Positions 24,611 through 37,329 of a stretch of 64,000 bases of DNA are shown here, piece by piece; position 1 is the first letter of the stretch; each line of letters opens with the position of its first letter. Source of the stretch: Trichosphaerium sp. ATCC 40318 (Eukaryota; Protista; Tubulinea); NCBI GenBank assembly GCA_038496445.1, contig JALMLS010000414.1:171395-235394 (forward strand), in the 5' to 3' direction. The notes below the pieces were generated by a model. The model did no database searches and was not told the DNA's origin. It worked only from the letters and a program-made list of their open reading frames with translations. The position numbers were made by a program, and so were the translations under genes.

Positions 24611-26157
24611 TTTGTGGCAATCCTAAGTAAGTTATGAACACCAGTGGGTAATTCCGTAAAGTGAATATAAATGTCGTGAACGCAAACAAATCCTCTAACA
24701 CCTTAGCTAGATTCGTTGTCGTAATTTGAAAGCAAATAAATATAAGTTGTATCATAGAATCACGTGCTTTTTTTCTTCATAAGGAAAGTAACGTGAAACG
24801 TGAAAAAGCACGATAGTTGTAGAATTCTATACGCCCAGCAACAAGCGCAACAACTCTTCATGAGAGTGTACAGATGTTACCAAAGGCATAGTATTGTTTA
24901 TTGTCGTAGTACCTGCCTTGAAGTAACTACACGGCGGCTTACAAACGGTTTTTAATCGACTGCGATTAGCTGCATGTGGATAACTGATACTGCTTCATGT
25001 ACTCGATGATTAGTATAGTAAGTACAATTCTGGTTCTACGTAACGCGTCATGAAGGTGACGTGGAAGTTCTTACCTGCACTAATTTACTCTTACCGTAGG
25101 AATTGCAGGTCCTGTACCAGTTGTTATAGCTTGGTATTTGTTTCAATTAGCTGATAATACGCTTTGTTCTTCGAAGCCACTCCTTGTACGAGAAATGGAG
25201 TCGTACAACTTTAGGGACTGGATGCTTGAGCTTCAACCGGATTGGTCAGGGTATAGAGTATATTTCCAGGAGCAAGGGAAAGTGTTACGGGAAGCATTTT
25301 ATGCTCTATTTAGGTGATATATGCTCTAGAGCAGTTTATGAGGCTTTAGAGGACTTAGAAGCCATTTTAGTTCCTCTGGATACAAAATCATTTCCATGAC
25401 CAGGGTGATTGGTTTTTTTTTTCAAATCTTGATCTTGCTCGTCCTATTTGAGCCTTAGTGATAACCTTTTGAGGATCAAAAGTTAAATTCAAAGTATCAT
25501 ACTGTGCAAAATCATTTAGTTGTAAGTAAGAGGTTTTTGCACCTGTGCCTTTCCCATTGCAAAAGCTTGGTGTTTTGCCGGGTCAAACATTAAGTTTAAA
25601 AGTAATACTTTCAGGCCTGTTTCCTCCTTTTTCTTTCTATAAGTTTCTCTCTTGGATGAAACTAGTAAAACCCTACAGAATGTGCTGGGAATTGTCAAAT
25701 ATCTATAAACAAAGCCACTTACTAAGACATACCTTACAACACAATAACAAACCAATATAATGTACCTTGATGTTAAAAATGCAATTTGATGTTCCAACAA
25801 ATAAGGTACTTCATTAAAAGGCAAACCAACGTAGGGCGAAAACAAAGCGAATAATTAAGAAAAAAGCAAGAAAAAAGTGCATCTTTTCTTGAACAAGACA
25901 CCAGTCAGGCAAAAACTGAAAATTCGCAAGTTGCTCACCTCAACCGAAAATTCTGAACAGTTTTCTAGTGCATGTACTATCCTAACCCGCTCTAAGTTGC
26001 GTTGTATACAAAGTGTCATTTGTTCGAGTAGTGGTTAGTAAGCACGAACAAAGTTATTTTCCGGAATCGCAAAAAATGTTTCTGCGTTGTTAGCCCGCCA
26101 GTTTGTCCGCGTTTAGAAGTGTACCAGAATCACTACAACAACAGCAACAATACCACA

Positions 26158-27267
26158 ATGGCAACAACTAACACAACTACATCTGACGAAATTCACGCAA
26201 TAAACAGTTGGCTTAGAGATGCAGATGCGATTTTAGTATGTGCAGGCGCTGGAATGTCTGTGGATACGACTAACGACACCAATGTTTACATTTCTAAGAC
26301 AGCTTTCGCCAAATACTATCCAGGGCTTCTAAAATACGGCTACAACACTGCGTATGAGTGTATGGGCTTACATGGTGACCCACGAGTACCACAGAGTGTA
26401 AAATGGGGTTACCTTGTCAACCACATTAATAATCAAAGGTACGTACGCGATGTCGTATGGTTTTATCAGTTTTTAGCGTAATATAATACCTAACTGCTGT
26501 ACAGGTATCAATTCCAGCCCAACGATGCTTATAAGCTCGTGAGAGACCTTTGCAAGGATAAAGACTACTTTGTATGGACTTCTAACGTTGATGGTTGCTT
26601 TGCGCGTTCTGGGTTTGATAAAGAACGTATCTATACACCTCAAGGCGATTGGGAATGGTTGCAATGTTTTAAGCCTTGTACACGTAAAGTTTGGCCTTCA
26701 AAACCAGTTGTTGATGAAGCGTTAAAGTTCACGAAAAATACGCAGATTTCTGGAGACGAAAACATCCCTAACTGTCCTAATTGTGGTGGCCCTGCTTTTG
26801 GTAATGTGAGAGGAGGTGGCTGGTTCATTCATGATCACTTTAATGCTTCTCAGAAGGCAGTTATTGATTTTATAAAAAGTCATCAAAAGAAACAATCAAA
26901 ACTTGTTGTACTCGAAATAGGTGCTGGGTTTAATACGCCTACAGTCACAAGGTTTCCTATGGAGTCTATAGTACGATCTTTACCTGGTTCTAAATTGATA
27001 CGTATCAACCCAACAGCTCCGGAAGTCCCACTTGATATTTCAGCAATTGGGCTTAAGACAGGTTGGGAAGTCTTAAGGCAATTCTCCGCAATAAACGACA
27101 ATAAATTAGAATCTGTAGAAAAACATGCTGCTGAACGTGTTGATACATCAAGAAGAAAAGCTTTACAAGAACTAAAGGATCAGGGACGTCGTGAAGTATG
27201 GGAAATGTATGCTCAAAGGATAGGCCATTTTGATTGGGAACAGTTTTTAAAAAGTCTTCGTTACTAA
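26158..27267 (+). CDS. Sirtuin, class M (SirTM)-like NAD-dependent enzyme
   Basis: AILVCAGAGMS, YFVWTSNVDGCF..SGFDKERIYTPQGD, zinc ligands CFKPC/CPNC, LEIGAGFNTP. One intron 26439-26504. Confidence 0.85.
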
Positions 27268-27299
27268 CGGCTGTACCAATAAATAAGTTTTCACACAAA

Positions 27300-29250
27300 C
27301 CCTTCTAATTTCTTGAGGTGATAGTACACTTACAAACTCAACTCTGCTTTTGTATCAAAAGTTTATCATTTCCATTCTTCTACAAAGTTTCGGATGCCTG
27401 ATACACTTAATTGCATAAACGCGCTTACCTCCAGCAAGTTCTTTGATGCATTAATAGTAACCAGAATGACTGAGGTAAATAGTAGTGAGTCTTATCTACA
27501 ACTCCTAACCATGAGCCTTCACCACTATTCTTACAACCTCTAGTTTATTACATCTCATACTTTGATGGCAAAGTTTGTTTTAGTCAATTCACTGTACGTT
27601 CAGACCTACTCTAATTGTTTGTGTAGTTTGTCTAGATAGTTGTAACATGTTTATTTTTTATGTCTTGTATCAAATCTGAGCGTAAGTTAACGCACATGTG
27701 GTGGTACCAATTCAATTATTTTGATTATTTTTAGAAATTTGAAACATACGCTGGAAATATATACCCGAGCGTTCTAATGATATGGAGTACCTTAAAAACC
27801 GTCACCATTAAAGGGTATTACAAGGTTCAAAGTAAACTATGTATAAATAGGGATGAACAGCAAACTTTTAACGAAAACAGAAATCAATAAAATTGTACGT
27901 TTTGTTATAGTAGATTCTTTTCATGGTCACGTGTGATTGTGAAGTTTATGAGAGTTTCACCATACCCGATACTACATAGAGTATGCAGTATATATCCCAA
28001 TTAGGTTTTACGAGAGTGCAAAGCTCCGGTGTAACTGACTGACTAAGAGTTATTCTAAACAGGTGTAGCATCGTAGCGGTGAAATCTAAATCACGTGAAA
28101 CGCCTTCGGACGTGTTTTCAGACAATGTTAATCTCATTTTTACAAAAACCGTCCAGGGCGTAACACATTACAATAATGTCAAAAAGGAAAAGTGAAAAAA
28201 AAGTCGCCAGAAAATGTCGATAAAAACGTGATTGATTTCGACATTTTAAGGAATTTTTTAAAACACTTTAAAACACCTCTTATCACCATGGTTCGTAGCA
28301 GTGTATATGGGCAAGCAATATTATTGTGTTTCCGAATGAAACTCTTTAGTTTTACCAAACATTTTTCCTGTAGCTCTAATTTAAGCTTATTTAGGGTCTC
28401 CGTGGCGTTTCCAAGCGCCAAAAGCACACTAAAAAATGTAACAAAAGGTTATTAACTTTATGCTTTCCTTTTCGGGTTTTGTGTACTTTTAAACAACATA
28501 TTCAACCCCATCACATATCAACGGTATCACGTGACAAAATGGCCGATAAATCTAACACTTCACGTACTACTTCCACTTCCAGTACCCCTAGTATTGGTGG
28601 AGATACAAATGGTACAGCAATAACACTGATAATGTCTTAATATCCCTTAAAAGTTAAACATGAACCAACCAGGCAAAACGCGAACGAGCATACAAGGTAC
28701 AGAGAATACACAAAGCATGCCACCGAACCAAACATACTGTGATTGAGACATTTAACCAAGTAAGCTAACAGCTGTAGTATTGGACGAACCCCTGCACTTG
28801 GAAATCGTACGTTTGCAAAGGTGGTCTTTGTGATCCTTATACATCATCTAGGAGGTAATGATAATACCATTTGGGACCACAACGAAGCCAGCAGAAGATA
28901 GTGATACGTACTTTAAGCAGTTTGTGTGAAGATATAATACCATCAAGTGTCAAACTTCAAGTAACGCCTTCTGTGTTCGTTGTAAGGCGTTATTTTGGAG
29001 CGTAGCATTCAAACAGCAAAAAAAGTGTTCAATAACGTGAAAGCTCTCCAAAGCATTAGCAACGTAGAGTTGTAGGTTTACGCCAGTTGGTGTAAACTAT
29101 GAACAAACATTTGCGCTATGTTCACGTGTGGTTTGAACAACTCGGATTCACAAAACTTTTCTGCCTAACAAGAGGGAACGTGGCTTACATTTAAGATGTG
29201 AGCTTTACAATCCTGCTAGAAGTATCAGGGTTGTCTGGGTGAAAATTTGA
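27300..29250 (-). pseudogene. Possible decayed F-box/LRR gene
   Basis: Leu-periodic fragments (TLNKLKLEL, SLTLDGII) and an F-box-like CLFIVYTNWRK among many stops. Weak. Confidence 0.3.
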
Positions 29251-29352
29251 AGGACAATCACCTACAAAACTCCGTTACGTATTCACAAGCATCCTCCCGA
29301 GATTTTTATACGTCAAAAACGAAAGAATACGCACAACACAACAGCTGAAGCA

Positions 29353-31100
29353 ATGACAAGGGCAACAAACGTGATCTGTATTCTGTGGATTACAATCTGT
29401 ATCTCAACTATTTTGAGACAAACTAACCCCAATACTAGTTCTAAGCATGTACCACGCTCAACCACCTTTACCTGAAGCGTCTGCATGTGATTGCGAATGT
29501 ATGGCTTGTAATGCTTGCGATTTTGAAAACAGTTGTATGGTTGCAACCGCAACTGGTGGTGATGGTGAGTTACAATGTAGTTTTGTGGCGTAAAGAATGT
29601 TACAAGCAATTTTCTTTTTAAATCTGCAGTAGCAAACAAATAGTCCCCTAGGTTCAAAAACCTTTCCACGGGGTGTTTTTTTGTGGTCTTCATGTCTAGC
29701 ACCCCAATTTGCTCGGATTTTTTTTTTCGCTTTTTGTCACGTGTTTTGTCGTCATGTTATAAAAATAGAATTTAACGCAACTAACTCCAAGTTACCCTCA
29801 TTCGTACACTTACTAACCAACACACGTTGCTAGTGATGATGGGCGACCTTGGTGTAACTTGCGTGATTGTAGAATCAGATGTATCTAATTCGATTTCTGG
29901 AACGGGCAACGCTGATTGCATCCTTGTTAGAGGTTCATCTGCAACTGTGGGCACAATCACAGGTGGGAATGGAGATGATTGTATTATGGTACAGGACGGG
30001 GCAACAGTTTCCGGAACTATAAACGGAGGTAAAAAACAAAACAACATTTAAGATATTCAATTGTGACTCCTTTTTTAGGAAATGATAATGATTGTGTAAG
30101 AGTGACTCAAGCGACTACTGCACAAATTACCGGAGTAGGAGGTAACGACGATATTATAATAGAAGGAAGTATTTTGCAAGAAACTCAATCGATAGGAAAG
30201 CGAGGCGCGATGGTAACGACACCGTACGGATGAGATATCTTACATGTGCACAAGTCTGTTGTTAAATTGTATGTGATAGGTCGAATATCATTGGCTCAAG
30301 TGACAACGATTGTATTAGAGTTTATCCTTACGGTGGCAATCCATCATTTACGGGAACTATTAATGCTGGAGGTGGTGATGATTGTATTGATGTTCAAACC
30401 AGTTCTGTACTCCTTATTTCAGGTATCAGTATTACTTTACCTTTTAAAGGCTTTCCTCAGACTTGTCGTAGGCAGTGGTGGTGATGATATTATATATGCT
30501 AGGTGTTCTTTGATGTCGAACATAGTAGGGGGTAATGGTGATGATGTAATAATTGTAGAAGAAGTGACAATACGTGCGGAATAGCTTAACTTTGTTTTCA
30601 AGATTTATTTTTAACTTAACTTTAGAACCATCCTCAGGAAATCGGAATGCTATAAATGGTGCTAGTGGAGATGATAGAATTCTAGTTGAAAGCCTCACTC
30701 AGAACATGAACATAGATAATGGACGAATAACTGGTGCAGGAGATACTGACAGGTCAATAGACAATTATAGTTTCAACATTTTTCTGATTTTTTTCTTGTA
30801 GTTGCTGTTCTCGTGCAGACCCAGCTGTTTTTGAAGTAATCGAATGTGAAGATGAAACATGTCCGCCTGTTATAACAACAACATGCCCTCGCCGTTTAAA
30901 TGATTGTATACCATTCGAGGTAATGGTCGCTGTACCTTGAGACAACGTACTAAAATAACCAATAAAACTTGCAATTTACAGTTTTCTTTGAAATAGAAAG
31001 TGCTTTTTGACGTATGAATACCAGTTGTTGAACTGAAATTTTTTGAAATTGATTCTTCGGCTTTATTCGTTAGAGGTGGAGGTAATGCAATCATCGAGGT
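29353..31100 (+). pseudogene. Secreted protein with RTX/hemolysin-type Ca-binding nonapeptide repeats, probably disrupted
   Basis: Signal-like N-terminus and repeats GTGNADCI, GGNGDDCI, GVGGNDDI, AGGGDDCI, GSGGDDII, GGNGDDVI, GASGDDRI across several introns. Apparent frameshift near 30205 and in-frame TGA near 31015. Confidence 0.65.
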
Positions 31101-31289
31101 AATTATTTGTGCTTCGCCACGTGGTTAAGCAGTAGCTGAATGAACTGCCTACGCTTTACTATCATCATTGGTTTATCTTCATGCAAATCTGAAGCTTCAC
31201 GTAATGATGTATGTGGATTACTTATTGATAATACAGAGAGTCAGTTTGTTGTTTATTTTTGTAGATTGTTTATATAGCAGTACTTAGTT

Positions 31290-31590
31290 TACCAACCCAG
31301 AATCCACCACAGAATGTATACAAATAAAAACACAAATGGCCAATATAGCCCTAATGCTCCAAGCCAATATGCGTTTATTGACCCATAATCAATACTGTTA
31401 ACTAATTGACCATCGCTGGTCCACCTTTAGCTCTCCATGTAACTTTTCGCAATACTTATGTGAGGTACTCTTAATTTTACCATTCTCATGATATTCCTTT
31501 ATGTCTTCATGCTCTTTGTTGAGGAGCGTGATCTTGCTAATTTTTCCACTTTCATAGTATGAAATAATCTTTCTATAGACGACTTGCCAT
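31290..31590 (-). pseudogene. MORN-variant gene remnant (paralog of 1479-2276)
   Basis: KIISYYESGKISKITLLNKEHEDIKEYHENGKIK...KLHGELK followed by a broken hydrophobic tail; no 5' part. Confidence 0.6.
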
Positions 31591-31829
31591 TGTCAGGGAA
31601 GTGGGCGCCCTCAAAGCAATTGTAGTCTTGATAAAAACCATCTTCAAAGCGAGTGTACTACAAATCCTCCACAGAAGTGTCCCCTTCCGTGCGCACAATG
31701 TTTTGCTTTTCTGGGAAATCAATCAAAAAAAAAAAACTTGTTCTAACGACCTTAGCGAAAGCCGCTCTCAGCAATGTGAACACTTGGAACCGAAATGTTC
31801 TTCTCTACTGGTAATAACGCCAGAAATGT

Positions 31830-32357
31830 ATGCTTAAACTATTGTTACCCTTGTCTGTATCTCATTACGGGTGTAGGTATGGTACAATAACTGTACCAGT
31901 AACAGGCAATAACAAAACGGGGTACTCAGGAACAGACTGGTTTGGCCCAACACGTTTTTTTCTTGACATTGCGGTACTCAATGGAGCGTGTGTAGTAACA
32001 TGTAGGGCTCTATGTATAGTTTATAGACACGCCTTAAACCTGGGTTTGATAAGTAAACCCTACGGTAACGATATCTTTAAAGCGTATGACATATCAAAAT
32101 GGAGAGATGAACTCCAAGAAGAAGAAAACAAAATATGGTATGCAAAACAGCTCTGGAAAGAGTTGGCAACGGTCCTGCCAAATGCATCAATCGCATTTGA
32201 ACTGCTAGGTTCTATTGTTCAACAAAGAAACGCTTATTACCACAATAACCACACGCCGTATATTTTGAACGTGCTGTCAGTGCTGAACTTAGTCAGCAGA
32301 TTTGTACGTGCATGTGGGTTGAGGTGCGAACCGATCTCCCAAAGTACGAATACCTGA
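31830..32357 (+). CDS. Hypothetical helical protein with HEPN-like RxxxxH motif
   Basis: 175-codon uninterrupted ORF; YDISKW followed by QQRNAYYHNN flanked by amphipathic helices. Confidence 0.45.
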   Translation: MLKLLLPLSVSHYGCRYGTITVPVTGNNKTGYSGTDWFGPTRFFLDIAVLNGACVVTCRALCIVYRHALNLGLISKPYGNDIFKAYDISKWRDELQEEENKIWYAKQLWKELATVLPNASIAFELLGSIVQQRNAYYHNNHTPYILNVLSVLNLVSRFVRACGLRCEPISQSTNT

Positions 32358-32745
32358 ATGCTTTTCTTCTCCTTATTTCAACTGCATAGTATTAACAATT
32401 TAAGGGATGAAGTGTTAACTATGTATGATTTACTTCTGTCCATCTTTCTTACTATCCAGAGAACAAAAAAAGGCCTAGAGAACGTCAACTCACGGAAGCA
32501 AAACATACCTCTGAAAGTATTGTGAAGTTGAAAGTAATTATAAACAATTAGAAAAGTAGCTGGAATACTCGAAATAGTACCCTGTAAGGAGTATCACGTT
32601 TAAAGAAAACAATATGTTTTTTGTTTAAGCCTCTCCTAACAGTGTGGTTCAAGCTCTGAACTAGCAACATACACTAGCCACTGGATATGTTAGTGTTAAT
32701 TTGAAGACAACAAAGTTTTACTATATTTCTTGTTCTACAAGTGAA

Positions 32746-33614
32746 CTACAAGTGTATCAAAGGAAGAAGGAACATCAAAAGACTGATAAAAGTCAACTTT
32801 TTATATGAAGAATGTTGTCTAGCTGCGGGAGTTTGTGTTGGAACTACACCTGTTGTTGGCACAAGTGTAGTTGGTGACAATGTTGTTGGAGGTAAGACTG
32901 TTGGCATGGTTGGTGGAGTAGTAGGTATAAGCGCTGTTGGTCTCATTTCAGAGGGTTGAAAGATAGTTGGAGGTAGAGTTGGTGGTTCAGCAGTTGTTGG
33001 CGTAGGCACTTTAGGAGGTATTTTTTGAAGTATTACCTTTCTATATCCTTTGTCAGCAGTATTTGTTGTATCTGATCCACACCTTTTGTCAGACAATTTA
33101 GCTCTTGGTATACTCAAACTACAACAACATACCTCCAACCACCTGACCTGATATGGAAACAAAGTTTCTGGTTTTTCTGTCCGTCCTTGTTGGTATCACA
33201 TGTACGAAGGTGGATTGTGTTTACTGGAGTAAAACCGATAGATCTTTGACCACGATACCAATACGCACCGTTTATAAAAGTATTGGTTGTTACATTCTGA
33301 TTGCTCGGTGCTGTATCTTGTGTTAACACTTCCAATGGCTTGAAAAGTGTGAGAATAAAGATGAAACTCGTTGCTTTTTTTGAGTACCGTAGACAATGAA
33401 GTTATCATCTTCACCCACGCATCCCATAAGAGTCATTGTTGCTGATCCTGTGCCGCAGTGGGGTAATAGATTGTCAATTTTGGAGCTCCAAGGAACATTA
33501 ACACAAGCCGTCCAATCAGCATAATCACTTAGAGAGTCTTTGTTGACTTGAATGCCAGTAACCGGATACTTGTATAAGGAGTACAAGAAAGGTTAAAGCG
33601 ACAAAGAGCTTCAT
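32746..33614 (-). CDS. Secreted/cell-surface protein with Cys/Trp domain, Pro/Thr-rich stalk and hydrophobic C-terminus (possibly frame-disrupted)
   Basis: Signal MKLFVALTFLVLLIQVSG; NGAYWY..SIGF..CD..KLCFH..GGWR|CG; PT-rich mucin-like run; C-terminal LTFISLLMFLLPLIHL (GPI/TM-like). A frame break after the signal peptide is unresolved. Confidence 0.6.
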
Positions 33615-34341
33615 ACTTGAGGAATAGTAATTTAACACGTGTCGTTGTGGTAAATTATGCTATTTTGCACCAAAATGCATCTTGCATTTTTTCATATGAC
33701 ATCACGTGATGTGTTTCAACAAAACTGATTCCCGAAAATATATCTAACTCTTTCAGGACTGCCGTTTAGCAACAACTCCTATATTTAAAACACCTGTAGA
33801 TATTGTTAAACTGCTATGACTGCACTTTTCGAATGGAGAATACACCACCTTTGTTCTGTGAGGTTCAAGCTGAACTAGCAACATCACTAACTCCTTCGTA
33901 TCTACGCAACAGATATTTTAAAGGGTAGTACAAAGTGCATATGTTATAACCTTACAACCATTTGTTTTGAAAGGATACGTGAGTTACCACTCTTCCATTG
34001 TTACAATCTGCATGACTACCCTAAAACAAGGTGAATTCAACTGGTGTCGATTCTATAAACAGTTTTTAACAGGATTACAAGGTGTGGTATGAAAACGGTC
34101 AATTAGAAAGTATTTTTAACCGAGTTACGATTGGTCTGGCAATGGGCAAATAACAAAACAGTGAGGATAAATTTTTCTTTGCAGGTTTTTAACACATGAG
34201 CGTGACAAGATTGTTGTGACATACAAAGTAATAAAGTAGCTACAATATTAAGTGCTAAGCGTCCTCAAGGATTTGATGAGTATCCTTAAAGTTAAATAGT
34301 GTTTACTAATATCTACTTGGTCATTGTTATTGTAACATGTC

Positions 34342-35364
34342 TTATTCTCCTTCTTGTTTATCGTTGATGTAATTACTGTGCTCTATCAATTTGCCATTTT
34401 TATCCCATTTCTTATATTCTCCTTCTATTTTACCATCAATGTATGTACACTGCTTCATCAATTGCCCGTTTTTATACCAGCACTTGAACTCTCCTTCTTT
34501 ATTATAATTGATGTAGGCACATTTCTCTTTCAATTGGCCATTGGCATGCCATTCCTTGTATTCTCCCTCTGGTATGCCATTGATGTAATTGTATTGTGCC
34601 ATTAATTGGCTGTTGGAATGATATACCTTGTATTCTCCATCTTGTTCACCATTGACATACCTATTGCACTGCCGCAAATAGCCATTTTCATGCCATTCCT
34701 TGAATTCTCCTTCTGGAAAACCATTGACGTAATTACCACTCGCCATTAATTGGCCATTGTCATACCACGTTTTGTATTCTCCTTCTGCTTTACCATTGAT
34801 AAAGTTGAACTTACTAAGTCGCCCCTTGTACCATCGTTTGTGTGCTCCTTCTCGTTTATTGTTGACGTAATTACTGTGCTCTGACAATTGGCCATTTTTA
34901 TCCCATTTCTTGTATTCTCCTTCGTGTTTTCCATCAATGTATGTACACTGCTCCATTAATCGCCCGTTTCTATACCAGTACTTGTACTCCCCTTCTTTCT
35001 TATCATTGATGTAGGTACATTTCTCTTTCAATTGGTCATTGTTATACCATGTCTTATATTCTCCTTCGAGTTCACCAGCAAAGTACTTACAATACTTCTT
35101 CAATTTTCCATTTTCATGCCATGTCTTGCATTCTCCATCTTGTACACCATGTTTCCAGTACTGTTGCTGTACAACATTGTCGTTGAATATTTGGAGCCAT
35201 TTTCCATGCTTGTTCATCTCGCTATCAAACCTTGTGGTCAATGCTGTGTGTTTTGAAATAAGCGGCCACTTTAAATACACAAATGAGTCCAAATCGAAAA
35301 TATCCAACTGAATCTCAAACGGGAGGTTTAATAGATGGCTCTCAGTTGGTTGCGGATTAAATGT
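34342..35364 (-). CDS. F-box-like + MORN-variant repeat protein (about 12 repeats)
   Basis: Frame extends upstream through HLLNLPFEIQLDIF to an aatag acceptor at 35365; regular 24-aa repeats. Confidence 0.85.
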   Translation of the reverse strand, partial: TFNPQPTESHLLNLPFEIQLDIFDLDSFVYLKWPLISKHTALTTRFDSEMNKHGKWLQIFNDNVVQQQYWKHGVQDGECKTWHENGKLKKYCKYFAGELEGEYKTWYNNDQLKEKCTYINDKKEGEYKYWYRNGRLMEQCTYIDGKHEGEYKKWDKNGQLSEHSNYVNNKREGAHKRWYKGRLSKFNFINGKAEGEYKTWYDNGQLMASGNYVNGFPEGEFKEWHENGYLRQCNRYVNGEQDGEYKVYHSNSQLMAQYNYINGIPEGEYKEWHANGQLKEKCAYINYNKEGEFKCWYKNGQLMKQCTYIDGKIEGEYKKWDKNGKLIEHSNYINDKQEGE

Positions 35365-35638
35365 CTATTAAACCGTTGTAAGTAACTCCTTCTTGGGAGT
35401 AAAACAATTTTGATACCTCGCACGTGATAGTGTTGGCGTTGGTGAGCATTCTTATTAAAATTTAATAACAATATCAATTGTTTATGTGCTTATTTAATTG
35501 TAATAAGCAAAGAGAACCTTAACAAGGCCTTAACATGTGATTTACAAAACAAAAAAAAAACGGAAAAGAAAAACTGATTCATCCTGATTTAACAGCTTTA
35601 GTCGCCTTATCTGTCCGTTTTGTTTAATAACATTGCTT

Positions 35639-37329
35639 TTATTGTAGAAATGAAATTACGATAAGAAGTTGTATAACCCAAACTGTATTAAAATGGTTAT
35701 AACTGTTGCTACACTCAAACACTGCAAGTTGAAAAATACGTGATACTGTAGACAATGACCTCGTTTGCTCAATACACTGATCTTGGTGTTTGATAATCAT
35801 TGGTGTTATTTCAGCACATTCTTGGTTTTGTGATATAAGTACTGAAGTAACCTGAAAATACGGTAAGTAGGATAAATTACTATTATGTGCTACGGTAATT
35901 GATACCTCACGTGTTGTTGCATTAACGCTAAATAGTCCGTTGACGCATCCACTTACATTCACTATTGTATTTTGTTTCGCAAGTTGAAGTGTTGTATTAG
36001 AAAACCAAGCGTTTCCATCTATGATAATATCCGTGTCAAGTATGACAACAGTATCCTTTGGTATAAAGTCTCCTGAATAACACATTATTAATTGCCAGAA
36101 ACAAAGTACAAAATACCTGGAGCTCGTTCAAACTCACAAATGAAGTATTGTATTCGTTGACAATATCCATCACCCCAAACTATCCCTTCTATTTCATCAT
36201 TGCGTATAGTGAATACACAATTTTCTTCAATGCCAGCAACTTTATTATTCTGTGGTTCAGTTATTCCCCAAGGTTTAGTCATAAACACACTTCCAAAATC
36301 AAGTGTTTCATTTGTTACGGCCTTTATGTAATCAGATAAAAATACCTTTAATTGTGAAGTCTCGTACCCACTGAAAGTCAAAGTGATCGCTCTTGTACCC
36401 ACTTGTTAATCCAATCCAGAAGGATTTACCTTCCTCAATCAAGACTTCATCAATGAGAGTGAACTCTTCATTACTTGTGATCGTGACAAGGTGTCCACCT
36501 TGTTGTAAACAATATCCTTTAGTTGATTAGTTTGATACATTAATAACAAGTATCTATTGTTGTGTTCAATACCTTGAGCTTGAGGCCATGTAACTTCTTC
36601 AAGTACGGAGTTATAACAATTGCCTAGCAACAAAAGGTAAAAACTATTCGACAGTATTCTTTTCCGCACCTGAAATGGAGTCTCTATGATCACAAAGTAC
36701 ACTTTGTCGTATGTTTATGCACTGGTCTGATACCGAAGGAACTTCACTAGAAGGAGCTTCGCAAACGTAATGGTTTGCTGTACAATTATAATGTACAAGC
36801 TACAAGAACGAGGGAGTTAACAGAATCATTGTGCTAAGTTTACAATTACCCCTCCAATGAGTGTATGACAGGTTTTTAGTCCAAAATCACCAGCGTAATC
36901 TGTGCGCATAGCAATGCGATTGACCACTGAGTTATCGTGCCAAAAATATTCAGCGTTGTTTGGGGAGGTAATATTTAAACGCAAGCTCTATTATCAATCA
37001 ACAGTTCCTCCTTACAAAACCCACGTGATCGGTTAAAAAAAACTGAACGTTAGCTATACGTACGGGAAATAAAGACATGACAGAAGCTTCCATGATACTA
37101 TCAAGCACGAGAGGATTGTAACCTAATAAAAAGTGATTTAATTTTAAAACAAAGCCACGAATTGTAAATTTACTTTTCTTACGCTACCTGGCTCGCATGT
37201 ATACCCATCTGTATCATTATGAAGGGCATAGGTAGTATTTCCCCACGTGCACCTCGAAACAACCTCGCACGTGCTTGAAGCGGAGTATAGTATGAGAATA
37301 AACGCACACGTGGCCAATCTGTATGGCAT
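35639..37329 (-). CDS. C-type lectin domain surface protein (multi-exon)
   Basis: Signal peptide; NCY..VTWPQAQ|..CLQQGGHLVTITSNEE..FWIGL; WGITEPQN..ENCV..WGDGYCQRIQYFICEF; hydrophobic C-terminus. Confidence 0.8.

Noticed and set aside
33569-33584. 16-nt GT-AG micro-intron that would repair the surface-protein frame
   Set aside because: Far below the local intron size and it would shorten the signal peptide; an indel is more likely.
34342-35307. Diversity-generating retroelement-like template/variable repeat
   Set aside because: No RT domain in the window and differences between repeats are not adenine-specific.
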